A DNA stretch of 64,000 nt, from contig CAXXDN010000002.1 of the NCBI GenBank assembly GCA_963667465.2, positions 288,001 to 352,000 of the forward strand, in the 5' to 3' direction. The notes below the pieces were generated by a model. The model made no database searches and was not told the origin of the DNA. It saw nothing but the letters and a program-made list of their open reading frames with translations. Position 1 is the stretch's first letter, and every line of letters begins with the position of its first letter. The DNA is from Dehalococcoidia bacterium (GTDB taxonomy: Bacteria > Chloroflexota > Dehalococcoidia > UBA2979). This document shows positions 19,224-28,888 of this stretch, piece after piece. The translations under genes were made by a program, and so were the position numbers.

Positions 19224-19430
19224 GTGAAGTACACCGTCGTCATCGAAAGGACCGACAACGGGTACTCGGCATACGCGCCGGACTTGCCGGGCTGCATCGC
19301 CGCTGGTGATTCCGTGGCCGAAGTCGAGGCACTGATCCGTGAGGCGATCATCCTGCACCTGCAGTCGCTTCGGGAGCACGGCGACCCGGTCCCCGAACCG
19401 CAAGCGTCCGCCGCTCTGGTCGAGGTGTAG
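19224..19430 (+). CDS. hicB: HicB family antitoxin, short form
   Basis: YTVVIE...YSAYAPDLPGCIAAGDS...IREAI. Confidence 0.9.
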   Translation: MKYTVVIERTDNGYSAYAPDLPGCIAAGDSVAEVEALIREAIILHLQSLREHGDPVPEPQASAALVEV

Positions 19431-19447
19431 CTTCGCGCGAGGCATCG

Positions 19448-20290
19448 ATGACTGAAGAGACTGACGGAGATCCCGGCGAGGCGACAGGCGACGGCGCGCC
19501 CGCACCCGCACCCGAGGGCGAACCGGTGCTGGTGGCGGTGGACTTCACCGCCAACGAGTTGCGCGTGCTGTTCAGCGACCTGCACGGCAGGCCGGTCGAG
19601 CGCGGCGACTGGCCGCTGCCCCCACTCGCCGGCGAGCAGGCCTGGTCGTGGGAGGTCGGCGGGCGGATCGCAACGCTGTTCGCGGCCAACGGCGAGCGCC
19701 GCTCCGCACTCGCGATCGCCGTCGCCGCACCCGGCGTCGTCGACCCGCTGAGCGGGCGCCTCACGGACTCGGCGGGCCAGGCGGACTGGGAGGGCCTCTC
19801 GATCGTCGAGGCGCTGAGACGGCACTTCGACGCGCCGATCGCCTGTGAGGGCCGCACGCTGGCCGCGCTGCAGGGCGAGCGCTGGCAGGGGGCCGCGCAG
19901 GCCCTCGACGACGTGCTCTACGTCTCGCTGCGAGGCGTACCCGCGGCTGCGGCAGTCGTCGGCGGGCGGCCCGTGCGCGGAGCGCGTTTCGCCGCCGGCC
20001 AGCTGCCGGCGATGCCCGAGCTCACGCCGGGTGAGCCGATCAGCGACGAGGAACTCGAGACTGCGTCCGGCCTGCTCGCCGACGCGAGCGCACTGCTCGA
20101 CCCCGACATAGTGCTGATCGACGGCGAGGAGCACCACCGCAGCCGCCTGATCCCGCTGCTGCAGCGCGTCCTCGACGAGGTCGCGCCCGGCCCGCGCGTC
20201 GTCGCCTCGGCGCTTGGTGAGGGCGCGGCGCTGGCGGGCGCGCTGCGCATGGCCTCGACGCTGGCGTACGAGGGAGAGCGCAAGCCATGA
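19448..20290 (+). CDS. ROK family protein, divergent
   Basis: VAVD, AVAAPGVVD, GEGAALAGA; several kinase motifs degenerate. Confidence 0.7.
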   Translation: MTEETDGDPGEATGDGAPAPAPEGEPVLVAVDFTANELRVLFSDLHGRPVERGDWPLPPLAGEQAWSWEVGGRIATLFAANGERRSALAIAVAAPGVVDPLSGRLTDSAGQADWEGLSIVEALRRHFDAPIACEGRTLAALQGERWQGAAQALDDVLYVSLRGVPAAAAVVGGRPVRGARFAAGQLPAMPELTPGEPISDEELETASGLLADASALLDPDIVLIDGEEHHRSRLIPLLQRVLDEVAPGPRVVASALGEGAALAGALRMASTLAYEGERKP

Positions 20291-20727
20291 CGCAGCAGCC
20301 CCCACAGTCTGACCTGCCCTTCGAACCGCCTCCGGAGCGGCAGTACTCCGTCCAGCTGCACGCGGAGGGCGTCGGCACGCTGCTCGGCGCGATCGCGTGG
20401 GTCATGGGCGCCCTGGCGATCATGCGCGACCGCGGCCACGCCGAAGGCAACGAGGAGCTGCACGAGCTGCAGGAGACCATCGAGCCGCGCCTCGAGGCGC
20501 TGCTCAACGACCTCGCGATGTCGCGCGGGGCGGTCGAGGGCGGCGCCGACACGGAACTCGGCCAGCGCGTCGAGGACGCCTACACGCGCGTTCGCGAGGC
20601 GTTCGAGCGCTGGATCCAGCTCACCGCCGTCGACACCGCCAGCGTCGCGATCGGCCAGCGGCTCGCCGAGATCGCCGACGATGCGGACACGGAGCCCGAA
20701 GCGGGCGAAGCGGCGGACGAGGCGTAG
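20287..20727 (+). CDS. hypothetical helical protein
   Basis: ATGA overlap with the ROK gene; host-like codon usage. Confidence 0.65.
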   Translation: MTQQPPQSDLPFEPPPERQYSVQLHAEGVGTLLGAIAWVMGALAIMRDRGHAEGNEELHELQETIEPRLEALLNDLAMSRGAVEGGADTELGQRVEDAYTRVREAFERWIQLTAVDTASVAIGQRLAEIADDADTEPEAGEAADEA

Positions 20728-20771
20728 CGTCCCGTCCGGGACGCCTGGAGGCAGACCAGCAGGAGGTAGTC

Positions 20772-21653
20772 ATGGCATTCGCACACCCGGAGTCCCTCGT
20801 CTCAACCGAGTGGCTGGCGGAGCACCTGGCGGACGACGCCGTCCGGGTCTTCGAGGCGACCGTGTTCCTGCGACCCCGCGACGGCGGCGGTTACAACGTC
20901 GAATCGGGCCGGGCCGAGTACGAGTCGGGACACATCCCCGGCGCAGGCTTCCTCGATCTGCAGGGCGAATTCTCCGACAACGACCAGCGGCTGCGCTTCA
21001 TGATGCCCTCGGCCGAGGCATTCGCCGAGGCGGCCGGGCGGCATGGCATCTCGGAGGCGTCGAGGCTGATCCTCTACGACCGCTCGGGCTCGACGTGGGC
21101 GGCGCGGCTGTGGTGGATGTTCCGCTCGATGGGCTGCGAGGGCGCGGCGGTACTCGACGGCGGCTGGCGCGGCTGGACCGCCGAGGGCCGGGCCGTCTCG
21201 ACCGATGCGGCGACGTACGCGCCCGCGACCTTCACACCGACTGCCGACCCGGCCCGCTTCGCCGACCTCGGCGAGGTCCGGGCGTTCGTCGATTCGGGCG
21301 CCGCGGGCGGGAGCTGCCTGATCAACGCGCTGGGGCCGGACCAGCACTCCGGCGCCGACGGCGGGCGGACCTACGGGCGCCCCGGCCACATCCCCGGCGC
21401 GACCAACGTGCCGGCGGGACAGCTGCTCGATCGCGACACCGGACGCTACCGGCCGGCTGAGGAGCTGGGGCCACTTTTCGAGCAGGCGGGCGCCGACAGG
21501 ACGCAGCGCGTAGTCACGTACTGCGGCGGGGGCATTGCCGCCTCCAACGACGCCTTCGTACTCGCGCTGCTCGGCTACGAGGACGTCGCCGTCTACGACG
21601 CCTCGATGTCGGAGTACGCCGCCGATCCTGCGCTGCCGCTCGTCGTCGACTGA
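20772..21653 (+). CDS. sulfurtransferase (two-domain rhodanese)
   Basis: LVSTEWL, two GHIPGA, AARLWW, YCGGG active-site loop; AGGAGG RBS. Confidence 0.92.
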   Translation: MAFAHPESLVSTEWLAEHLADDAVRVFEATVFLRPRDGGGYNVESGRAEYESGHIPGAGFLDLQGEFSDNDQRLRFMMPSAEAFAEAAGRHGISEASRLILYDRSGSTWAARLWWMFRSMGCEGAAVLDGGWRGWTAEGRAVSTDAATYAPATFTPTADPARFADLGEVRAFVDSGAAGGSCLINALGPDQHSGADGGRTYGRPGHIPGATNVPAGQLLDRDTGRYRPAEELGPLFEQAGADRTQRVVTYCGGGIAASNDAFVLALLGYEDVAVYDASMSEYAADPALPLVVD

Positions 21654-21741
21654 GCGGCTGAGGGCTCCCGCCGCACGGGCGAGCGCCCGTGCCCTACCAT
21701 GCGCCCCGCACGAGCCCGCAGAGAGCGGAGAGGAGCCCTCG

Positions 21742-22677
21742 ATGTCCCTCGCAGACCGAACGCCTCCGACCGTCGACGAGTTCCGCGCCTACCGGGAGCG
21801 CTACAGCAACTGGGGTCGCTGGGGCGAGGACGACCAGTTCGGCGCGCTCAACCTGATCACGCCCGAGGCGCGCGCGGCGGCCGCCGCGACCGTGCGTGAG
21901 GGCCGCTCGGTCTCGCTCTCCTACCCGCTGGCGATGGAGCCGGGACCGGAGAACCTGGAGCCCGTCCAGCACGAGATGCGGCTCGATGACGACCACTGCT
22001 CGGACTTCATCGGCATTGCCTACCACGGGCGCGCGAACACCCACCTCGACGCGCTCTGCCACGTCTACACGCGCGCCGGCGGCGAGCTCTTCAACGGCCA
22101 CTCCTCGGCGGAGCACATCACTCCCGAGGGCGCGACCACGCTCTCCGTCGACCACTGGCGCGAGGGCATCGTGACGCGCGGGGTGCTCTACGACATCCCA
22201 CGGCTGCGGGGCGCGGACTTCGTGACTCGCAAGGAGCCGGTGCACGGCTGGGAGCTGGCCGACGCCGCCGAGGCGGCAGGCATCGAGCCGCGCGCGGGCG
22301 ACGCCGTGGTGATTCGCTCCGGCGCGGGTCCGTTCTACGCGGCCCATCCCGGCTTCCCCACGGGCTACGACGACCCGTCGCGCCCGGGCGTGCACGCTTC
22401 CTGCCTGGAGTTCTTCCACGCCAACGACGCTTCGCTGCTGGTCTGGGACCTGATGGACGCGCCGATGCACAACGAGGATGGCTCGGTGCTGATGGGCGCG
22501 CCGCTGCACCGCCTCACGATCCCGTACCTCGGTATGCCGCTGCTCGACAACGCGCAGCTCGAGGACATCGCCGAGGCGTGCGCGGCGGCGGGGCGCTGGG
22601 AGTTCATGCTGGTGGTCGCGCCGCTTGTCGTGCCGCGCGGCACCGGCTCACCCGTCAACCCGATCGCCGTGTTATAA
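21742..22677 (+). CDS. cyclase family (kynurenine formamidase-like) metal hydrolase
   Basis: NWGRWG, HGRANTHLDALCH, GTGSPVNPIA. Confidence 0.9.
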   Translation: MSLADRTPPTVDEFRAYRERYSNWGRWGEDDQFGALNLITPEARAAAAATVREGRSVSLSYPLAMEPGPENLEPVQHEMRLDDDHCSDFIGIAYHGRANTHLDALCHVYTRAGGELFNGHSSAEHITPEGATTLSVDHWREGIVTRGVLYDIPRLRGADFVTRKEPVHGWELADAAEAAGIEPRAGDAVVIRSGAGPFYAAHPGFPTGYDDPSRPGVHASCLEFFHANDASLLVWDLMDAPMHNEDGSVLMGAPLHRLTIPYLGMPLLDNAQLEDIAEACAAAGRWEFMLVVAPLVVPRGTGSPVNPIAVL

Positions 22678-22710
22678 GCCCGCTTCGCGAGCCAGCCTGA
22701 GGCCGAGTGC

Positions 22711-23577
22711 CTACGCCTCGGCCTGGTCGTAGCCCTCGTCGATGTGCTCGAAGCGCCTCGCGACGACGCGGCGCGTCTCCGTGTGGGTGAGGATGTAGGC
22801 GCGCCGCTCGCGCACGCCCGCGAGGACCGCGCGGCCCACATCGAGCGGGTCGCGGCGTGCGTCGGGGGAGCGGCTCGGGTCACGCGGCGCGACGCGCTGC
22901 GCGATGATCGGCGCGGGGATGTCGCGCGCCGGTCCGAACGCGTCCTGCCGGTTGCGTTGCGCCTCGCCGATGCGCGTGTGCGTGGCGCCGGGGCAGAACA
23001 GCGTGACGTCGATGCCCCCGGGCGCCAACTCGAGGCGCAGCGACTCGGTCAGCCCGACGACGGCGAACTTGGAGGCGACGTAACCGCCGAGGTTGCCGCC
23101 GCCGCGCCCGGCGACGAGCCCGGACATCGACGACGTGTTGATGATCTGAGCGCGTGTGCCGTCCTCGTCTGGCTCCTGCTCTTGCATGCGCGGCACGAAG
23201 ACCTGCACGCCGTTGAGCACCCCGTAGAGGTTCACGGCGAGCATCCAGTCGAGGTCGCTCGCCGGCATCTCGGCCGTTGGGCCGAAGACCAGCACCCCGG
23301 CATTGTTGAACAGCACGTCGACGGCGCCGAACTCGCCGTAGGCCATGTCGGCCAGCGCGCCCACCGAGGCCGGGTCGGACACGTCGGCGGAAGCCCCCAG
23401 GCTGCGCACGCCGTGCTCGCGCACGAGCGCCGCCGTCTCCTCCGCCGCGCCGCCCTCGATGTCCGCCACGACGACGTGCATGCCCAGCTCCGCCGCGGCG
23501 AGGCAGATGCCGCGCCCGATCCCGCTGCCACCGCCCGTCACCACCGCCACGCGCCCTCCGAGGTCACGCATCGCCAT
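22711..23577 (-). CDS. SDR family oxidoreductase
   Basis: TGGGSGIG, NNAG, YVASK. Confidence 0.93.
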   Translation of the reverse strand: MAMRDLGGRVAVVTGGGSGIGRGICLAAAELGMHVVVADIEGGAAEETAALVREHGVRSLGASADVSDPASVGALADMAYGEFGAVDVLFNNAGVLVFGPTAEMPASDLDWMLAVNLYGVLNGVQVFVPRMQEQEPDEDGTRAQIINTSSMSGLVAGRGGGNLGGYVASKFAVVGLTESLRLELAPGGIDVTLFCPGATHTRIGEAQRNRQDAFGPARDIPAPIIAQRVAPRDPSRSPDARRDPLDVGRAVLAGVRERRAYILTHTETRRVVARRFEHIDEGYDQAEA

Positions 23578-24607
23578 CGTCCTTTCCCGCGCCGTTCGTT
23601 CCGGTCAGGCCAAACTCCTCGGCCAGCAGCTCGTAGGAGCGCAGCCGGTCCTTGTAGTCGTACGTGATCGTCACGACCACGAACTCGTCGACCGCGAGCT
23701 CCCGGGCGAGCGCCTCGAGGCGATCGCGCAGGCGCTGCGGGCCGCCGACGAGGCTGGTCTGCTTCTGATACTCGATGAAGTCGAGCTCGGGCTGTGAGAG
23801 GCGCTCGGCCTCGGGGTCGTCGGGTGGAGGCACGCCGATGCGCAGGCCCTGGCGATTGCGCAGGCGCCACAGCCAGCGGCTCATCGCCAGCCGCTCGGCC
23901 TCCTCGTCCGTCTCGGCGCAGAGTGCGGAGACGCCGGCATTGACGAGTGGCTCGTCGAGCCACTGCGAGGGCCGGAAGAGGCGCCGGTAGAGCGTGATCG
24001 CCTCGCCGGCCCACTCGGCCTGGATGAAGTGCGCGAAGGAGAAGGGCAGCCCCTGCTCCGCCGCCGTGCTGGCGCTGTCCAGCGAGGAGCCGAGCAGCCA
24101 CGGCGTCGGGACGCTCTCGCCGCGCGGCTGGGCGTGGATGCCGGTCAGCGGGTGGCCCTCGGGCAGCTCGTCGCGGAGCAGCCGCATCAGGTCGGCGACC
24201 TGGCGCGGGTAGTGAGCGACATCGCGCATGCCCGGCCCCGGCGCGAGCGCCGCCGAGGTGCGGCCGTCCGTGCCCGGCGCGCGCCCCAGCCCGAGGTCGA
24301 TGCGGCCGGGGAACATCGTCTCCAGCATCCGGAACTGCTCGGCCACCTTGAGCGACGAGTAATGCGGCAGCATCACGCCGCCCGAGCCCACGCGAATGCG
24401 CGACGTCACCGAGGCGACGCGCGGGATCAGCACCTCGGGCGCGGCGCAGGCGAGCCCGCTGCTGTTGTGGTGCTCCGCCAGCCAGTAGCGGGTGTAGCCG
24501 AGCCGCTCTGTCGCCTGCGCGAGCTGCAGCGTCTCCTCGATCGCCCCGGCGGCCGTGCCGCCCTGGCGGATCGGCGACTGATCGAGGACGCCGAGGGTGA
24601 TCGCCAC
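23564..24607 (-). CDS. LLM-class flavin-dependent oxidoreductase (luciferase-like, YhbW type)
   Basis: LDQSP, RYWLAEHH, GSGGVMLPHYS, GRIDLGLGRAPG. Confidence 0.92.
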   Translation of the reverse strand: MAITLGVLDQSPIRQGGTAAGAIEETLQLAQATERLGYTRYWLAEHHNSSGLACAAPEVLIPRVASVTSRIRVGSGGVMLPHYSSLKVAEQFRMLETMFPGRIDLGLGRAPGTDGRTSAALAPGPGMRDVAHYPRQVADLMRLLRDELPEGHPLTGIHAQPRGESVPTPWLLGSSLDSASTAAEQGLPFSFAHFIQAEWAGEAITLYRRLFRPSQWLDEPLVNAGVSALCAETDEEAERLAMSRWLWRLRNRQGLRIGVPPPDDPEAERLSQPELDFIEYQKQTSLVGGPQRLRDRLEALARELAVDEFVVVTITYDYKDRLRSYELLAEEFGLTGTNGAGKDDGDA

Positions 24608-24744
24608 GCTGCCGCTCCGTCCGCTCGCGCTGTTGCGTTACGCGTCAGGGTACCGCGAGCGTCGCTCTGCGGCGCGGGGGCGCCGGACGCAAAGCGGGCG
24701 CGCTCATGGCGCGCCCGCTGGCTGTGCCGCGCTAGGTGGCGGCC

Positions 24745-25170
24745 TTACGAGGCGACCGGCCTCCACTGCGGCAGCGTCCAGTCGTCGTCGACCTTCTCGA
24801 AGTAGACCTCGACGGGCAGGTCGCAGACGGCTTCCTCGACGGGGATGTCGACGTTGCCCATCATGCGCAGGCCCTCGTCGAGCTGGATCACTCCGAAGAT
24901 GTAGGGCACACGCTCCTGGAACCATGGATCCTGCGCCTGGGCGATGATCGTGAAGGTGTGGAGCCGCCCCTTGCCGCTCACCTCCACCCACTCGTAGTCG
25001 TTGGAGAAGCAGTGCGGGAGCGGGCAGAACTCGCGTGGGTACCAGAACAGCCGGCTGCAGGCGTTGCAGCGCTGGACCGTGAGCCGCTCCTCCTTCGTCG
25101 CCTCCCAGAAGGGCTCGGTGAGTGCGTTCGCCTGCGGTACGGGCCGCTTCGGGCCATCGTCGTTGGTCAT
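24745..25170 (-). CDS. Zn-ribbon/OB-fold (DUF35, ChsH2-like) thiolase partner
   Basis: PFWEA, QRCNAC, CPLPHC, SGKGRLHTFT, LDEGLRM. Confidence 0.92.
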   Translation of the reverse strand: MTNDDGPKRPVPQANALTEPFWEATKEERLTVQRCNACSRLFWYPREFCPLPHCFSNDYEWVEVSGKGRLHTFTIIAQAQDPWFQERVPYIFGVIQLDEGLRMMGNVDIPVEEAVCDLPVEVYFEKVDDDWTLPQWRPVAS

Positions 25171-25259
25171 CGTCCGCGTCCCCTCCTGCTCCTGTCACCC
25201 GCCGCCACTGGAGGCGGCGGGCGCGCTCCGGCGCTTCGTTCAAGGTGGCTACCGTTTGG

Positions 25260-26426
25260 TTACTTGGGGTCCTTCCCGAGGACCAGTGAGCACATCACGC
25301 TCAGTCCGCCACCTCAGCCGTTGACGAAGCAGTAATCCACCGTTTCCTTCTGGCGGCCCTCGCCGCGGCCCATCAGCTGGCGCACCGCCTCCGTGGCGTG
25401 CGACATGCCTCCGGCGGTGCCGGGCTGGCCGAACGAGAGCTGGCCGCCGTGGGTGTTCACGGCGATGCCGTCGCTCTTGTAGGTGACGTCCTCGTTCGCG
25501 AAGTACGTTCCGCCCTCGCCCTTGGGGGCGAAGCCGGCGTCCTCGAACTCGATGATCACCGTGATCGTGTAGCAGTCGTACAGCGAGGCGATGTCCATCT
25601 CGTTGGGCCCAACGCCGGCCATCTTGTAGGCGGCGCGGGCCGAGAGCTCGACCGGGGACTTCGTCATGCGGTCCACGTAGGTGATGCCCGGCACGCCGCG
25701 GTCCATCGAGTGACCGACGCCGAGGATGTAGACGGGGTCGTGCGGGGATGACTCGACGGCCTCCGGGCGGCTCACCATCAGCGCCGCGGCGCCGAGGGTC
25801 GGCATCACGCACTCGAGCAGGGTCAGCGGGTTCGCGACCATGCGCGAGTTGAGCACATCGTCGGTGGTCGCGGGGGTGCCGTAGAAGGCCGCATCCGGGT
25901 TCGCCTGGGCGTTCTCCCGCTGCTGCACCGCGATCGCGACGCGCTCCTCGTCGGTGAGGCCGAACTCGTGCTTGTAGCGGTTGGCGACCAGCGCGTACCA
26001 GAAGTTCGCGCCGGGGCCCGGTCCGAACGGACCGGCGAACTGCGGGAACTGGCCGCCGATGGCGCCACCACCGCCGCCGCCGAAGCCGCCGACCTCGCCG
26101 GAGGTGACCAGGCAGAGCACGTTGTTGGCCAGTCCGGAATTGACGGCCATCGCCGCGATGGCGACCGACGTGGGGCCGGACGAGCCCATCATGTTCACGC
26201 CGTGCGCCCAGGTCGGCTGGATGCCGAGGGTCTCCGCGAACTCACAGGTGTTGAGGAAGGGGATCTCCGTGATCAGCCCGTCCACCTGCTCCTTGAGCAG
26301 GCCCGAGTCCTCGATGCAGAGGCGCGCCGCCTCCTGCGCCAGGCCGGGGCCGGTGCGGCCGGGCTTGCGCCGCTCCGGCTTCAGTTCGCCGATTCCGATG
26401 ATCGAGGCCGCTCCGCGCAGGCTCAT
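25260..26426 (-). CDS. thiolase-superfamily (SCP-x/Ltp2-like) protein with in-frame UGA at 25314-25316, putative selenocysteine
   Basis: YDCYT, NTHGGQLS, EAVRQL; after the UGA the frame continues GGGLSVMCSLVLGKDPK-TAA, completing the usual C-terminal strand. Confidence 0.85.
25280..25307 (-). promoter_or_regulatory. putative SECIS hairpin of the thiolase-like gene
   Basis: RNA ggac-UGAGCGU-gau-GUGCUCA-cug-gucc; upper stem starts 11 nt after the UGA and the loop starts with G. Confidence 0.5.
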
Positions 26427-26652
26427 CGGCAGCTCCTCCCGCTCGCGTCTGGGCAGGCTCGCGAATGGCAGATCGGTTCCCGCCCTTCGCGTCTTCATCG
26501 AATCTAACAGTCCGCGAGCAGGCTAGCGAACCCTTGACTTTGCTCCAACGCTACATAACGGCAGAAAATTGGCGCCGATTCCGGAATCGGCGCACGCGGG
26601 TGCGATCCGGCCGCCCGACGGCGCTAGAATCCGAAACCGAGGGAGGCCGCCC

Positions 26653-26904
26653 ATGAGCGAAGAGCAGGGAGTCGAGATCACGGTCGAGTACTGCGTGCCG
26701 TGCAGCTATCTCGCCCGCGCGCAGTGGATGATCGGCGAGATCATGTACGACATCCAGGACGACGTACGAAGGCTGGAGATGCGCACCGGCGACGGCGGCT
26801 GCTTCGAGTGGTCCGTGGACGGTGAGCTGGTCTTCAGCAAGAAACAGAGCGGGCGCTTCCCGGAGATCGAGGAACTCAAGGAACTGATCTACTCGCGCGT
26901 CTGA
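26653..26904 (+). CDS. Rdx (SelT/SelW/SelH) family protein, Cys form
   Basis: ITVEYCVPC, GGCFE...VDGELVFSKK..GRFPE. Confidence 0.92.
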   Translation: MSEEQGVEITVEYCVPCSYLARAQWMIGEIMYDIQDDVRRLEMRTGDGGCFEWSVDGELVFSKKQSGRFPEIEELKELIYSRV

Positions 26905-26935
26905 TCGTGCGACTGGAGGCACCGAGGAGCGGAAG

Positions 26936-27492
26936 ATGAGCAACACGATCCGGGTCTACGACCCCACGGGCCACGCCCCCGTCGAGCAGTACCCGCTGGC
27001 GCCGCTGCCCGCCTCGCTCGACGGCCTGCGCCCCGGCATCGTCGAGAACCGCAAGGCCAACGCTGGCCTGCTGATGCGGCAGCTGGTCGCGGGCCTGCGC
27101 GAACACTTCGAGCTCGGCGAGCTGACGACGATCGGCAAGCCGAGCGCCGGACCGCCGACGAAGCGCAACGAGCGCAAGCTCGTGGAGGGAGCCGACTTCG
27201 CTCTCATCGGATCGAGCGACTGAGGATCCTGCACGGCGTGGAGTGTCCACGCCTCCATCCTCTTCGAGCGGCAGGGCATCCCCACCGTCAACATCACCAC
27301 CGAGGCGTTCGTCAGCCTGTTCGAGCTCGAGGCCGAGCAGCGCGGCATGCCGGACCTGCGCTACATCGTGGTGCCGCACCCGATCGGCGGCATCCGGGAA
27401 GACGCCGTCGCCGAGAAGGCCCGCGCCTCCATCCGGACCTGCTGGCGTCGCTTACGCCCGAGCCCGTGCCGATCGCCGGTGGCGACCGATGA
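26936..27492 (+). CDS. UGSC-family selenoprotein (Sec UGA 27221-27223; apparent 1-nt frameshift near 27433)
   Basis: GAC TGA GGA TCC TGC = D-U-G-S-C, then TAWSVH...GIPTV...F...VPHPIGG; the plausible C-terminus PDLLASLT...GDR* lies in a shifted frame and overlaps the next ATG. Confidence 0.85.
27235..27253 (+). promoter_or_regulatory. SECIS hairpin of the UGSC gene
   Basis: GGCGTGGA-gtg-TCCACGCC perfect 8-bp stem, 11 nt downstream of the UGA. Confidence 0.7.
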
Positions 27493-28610
27493 CGACGGGC
27501 GCCACGTCCCGCCTCGGCGATCCCGCGGCGCTGGTCGAGCTGCCCGCCGATCCGGGCGAGCTGCACGACGCCTTCGCCGAGCGCGGCTGGTCGGACGGCC
27601 TGCCCGTCATCCCGCCCACCGAGGAGCGGGTCGAGGCGATGCTCGCCTACACCGATCGCGATCGGCGCGAGGTGCTGGGCGTGCTGCCGCCTCGCCGCGG
27701 CGTGGCGACCATCGAGGTGGTGGCGATCAACGCCGTCCTCGCGGGCTGCGAGCCGCGCGCGCTGCCGCTGCTGCTGGCGGCGGTGCAGGGCATCGTGCAG
27801 CCGCAGTTCAACCTCAGCGGCATCAACGCGACGACGCACCCGTGCGCGGTGCTGGTGCTCGTCAACGGCCCAATCGGGCGCGAGCTGGGGGTGCACGGCG
27901 GCCCCGGCTGCTACGGCCCCGGCTTTCGCGCGAACGCAACGATCGGGCGCGCGATCCGGCTGCTGCTGCTCAACGTTGCGGGCGCCTCGCCCGGTCACGG
28001 CGACCGCGCCACGCAGGGCACGCCCGCCAAGTTCGCGCTCTGCCTCGCGGAGAACGAGGAGGCCAGCCCGTGGCCGCCGTTCCACACCACGCGCGGCTTC
28101 GAGCCGGAGGACAGCACGGTCACCGTCGCCGCCAGCGAGGGTCCGCACAACATCCAGGAGCACGGCAGCAACACCGCGCTCGGCGTCCTGCAGACGGTCG
28201 CCGGCGCGCTCGGGCAAGCGGGGAGCAACAACATCCTCAGCCGTGGCGAGCCGCTGCTCGCGCTTGGCCCCGAGCACGCCGCGACGATCGCCTACGAGGG
28301 TTGGACCCGCGAGGGTGTCCAGCAGTACGTCCACGAGCACGCGCGCTACCCCGCGTCGCGGCTCTCACCTGAGTTCCTCGAGTCCGTCAACGTGCGCATC
28401 GAGCCGGAGTCGGGGCTCGTTCAGTTCCCGGCGGACGCGCTGCTCCCAATCGTCAACGAGCCGGAGCACCTGCAGCTCTTCGTCGCCGGCGGGCCGGGCA
28501 AGCACTCCTCGTGGCTGCCGACCTTCGGACAGCGCACCCAGCCGGTCACGACCGTGATCGCCGACCGCTTCGGTCGCCCCGTCGGCAGCGTCGAGGACCT
28601 TCGCGGCTAA
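27489..28610 (+). CDS. UGSC-associated conserved protein (GWSDGLPVIPPT family)
   Basis: GWSDGLPVIPPTEERV, AINAVLAGC, ANATIGRA, ENEEASPW, VAGGPG; ATGA overlap. Confidence 0.85.
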   Translation: MTTGATSRLGDPAALVELPADPGELHDAFAERGWSDGLPVIPPTEERVEAMLAYTDRDRREVLGVLPPRRGVATIEVVAINAVLAGCEPRALPLLLAAVQGIVQPQFNLSGINATTHPCAVLVLVNGPIGRELGVHGGPGCYGPGFRANATIGRAIRLLLLNVAGASPGHGDRATQGTPAKFALCLAENEEASPWPPFHTTRGFEPEDSTVTVAASEGPHNIQEHGSNTALGVLQTVAGALGQAGSNNILSRGEPLLALGPEHAATIAYEGWTREGVQQYVHEHARYPASRLSPEFLESVNVRIEPESGLVQFPADALLPIVNEPEHLQLFVAGGPGKHSSWLPTFGQRTQPVTTVIADRFGRPVGSVEDLRG

Positions 28611-28648
28611 GCCGCTCCCGGCGCGCCCAACCGGCCGCCGAGGGCCCT

Positions 28649-28825
28649 CCGGCCCCCTCTCCCCGCGCGGGAGAGGGCGGGGGTGAGGGGGCGCCGCGCG
28701 CCAGCGCGGCCAGCGCCGACGTGCTGCTGCGTCTGAACCCAGGGATCGAGGCGATCGCACGAGAACTCCGCGAGTCACCTCCGGAGTCCCCCTCACCCTA
28801 ACCCTCTCCCGCCAGGGGAGAGGGG
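28649..28825. repeat. inverted pair of REP-like type A repeats
   Basis: 28649-28691 CCGGCCCCCTCTCCCCGCGCGGGAGAGGGCGGGGGTGAGGGGG and 28788-28825 CCCCCTCACCCTAACCCTCTCCCGCCAGGGGAGAGGGG. Confidence 0.8.
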
Positions 28826-28888
28826 ATCGGACGGTACCGCGGGGTGCAGAGCGCGCTCACCCTCGAAGCGAGGGACCGGACCGACCTG

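Noticed and set aside
26653-26904. Rdx protein as a selenoprotein
   Set aside because: Both motif codons are TGC (CVPC); Cys homolog
27347-28372. 341-aa ORF in the ORF track
   Set aside because: Only the first ~29 aa are real (UGSC C-terminal part); the rest is run-on from the frameshift, overlapping the true 27489-28610 gene
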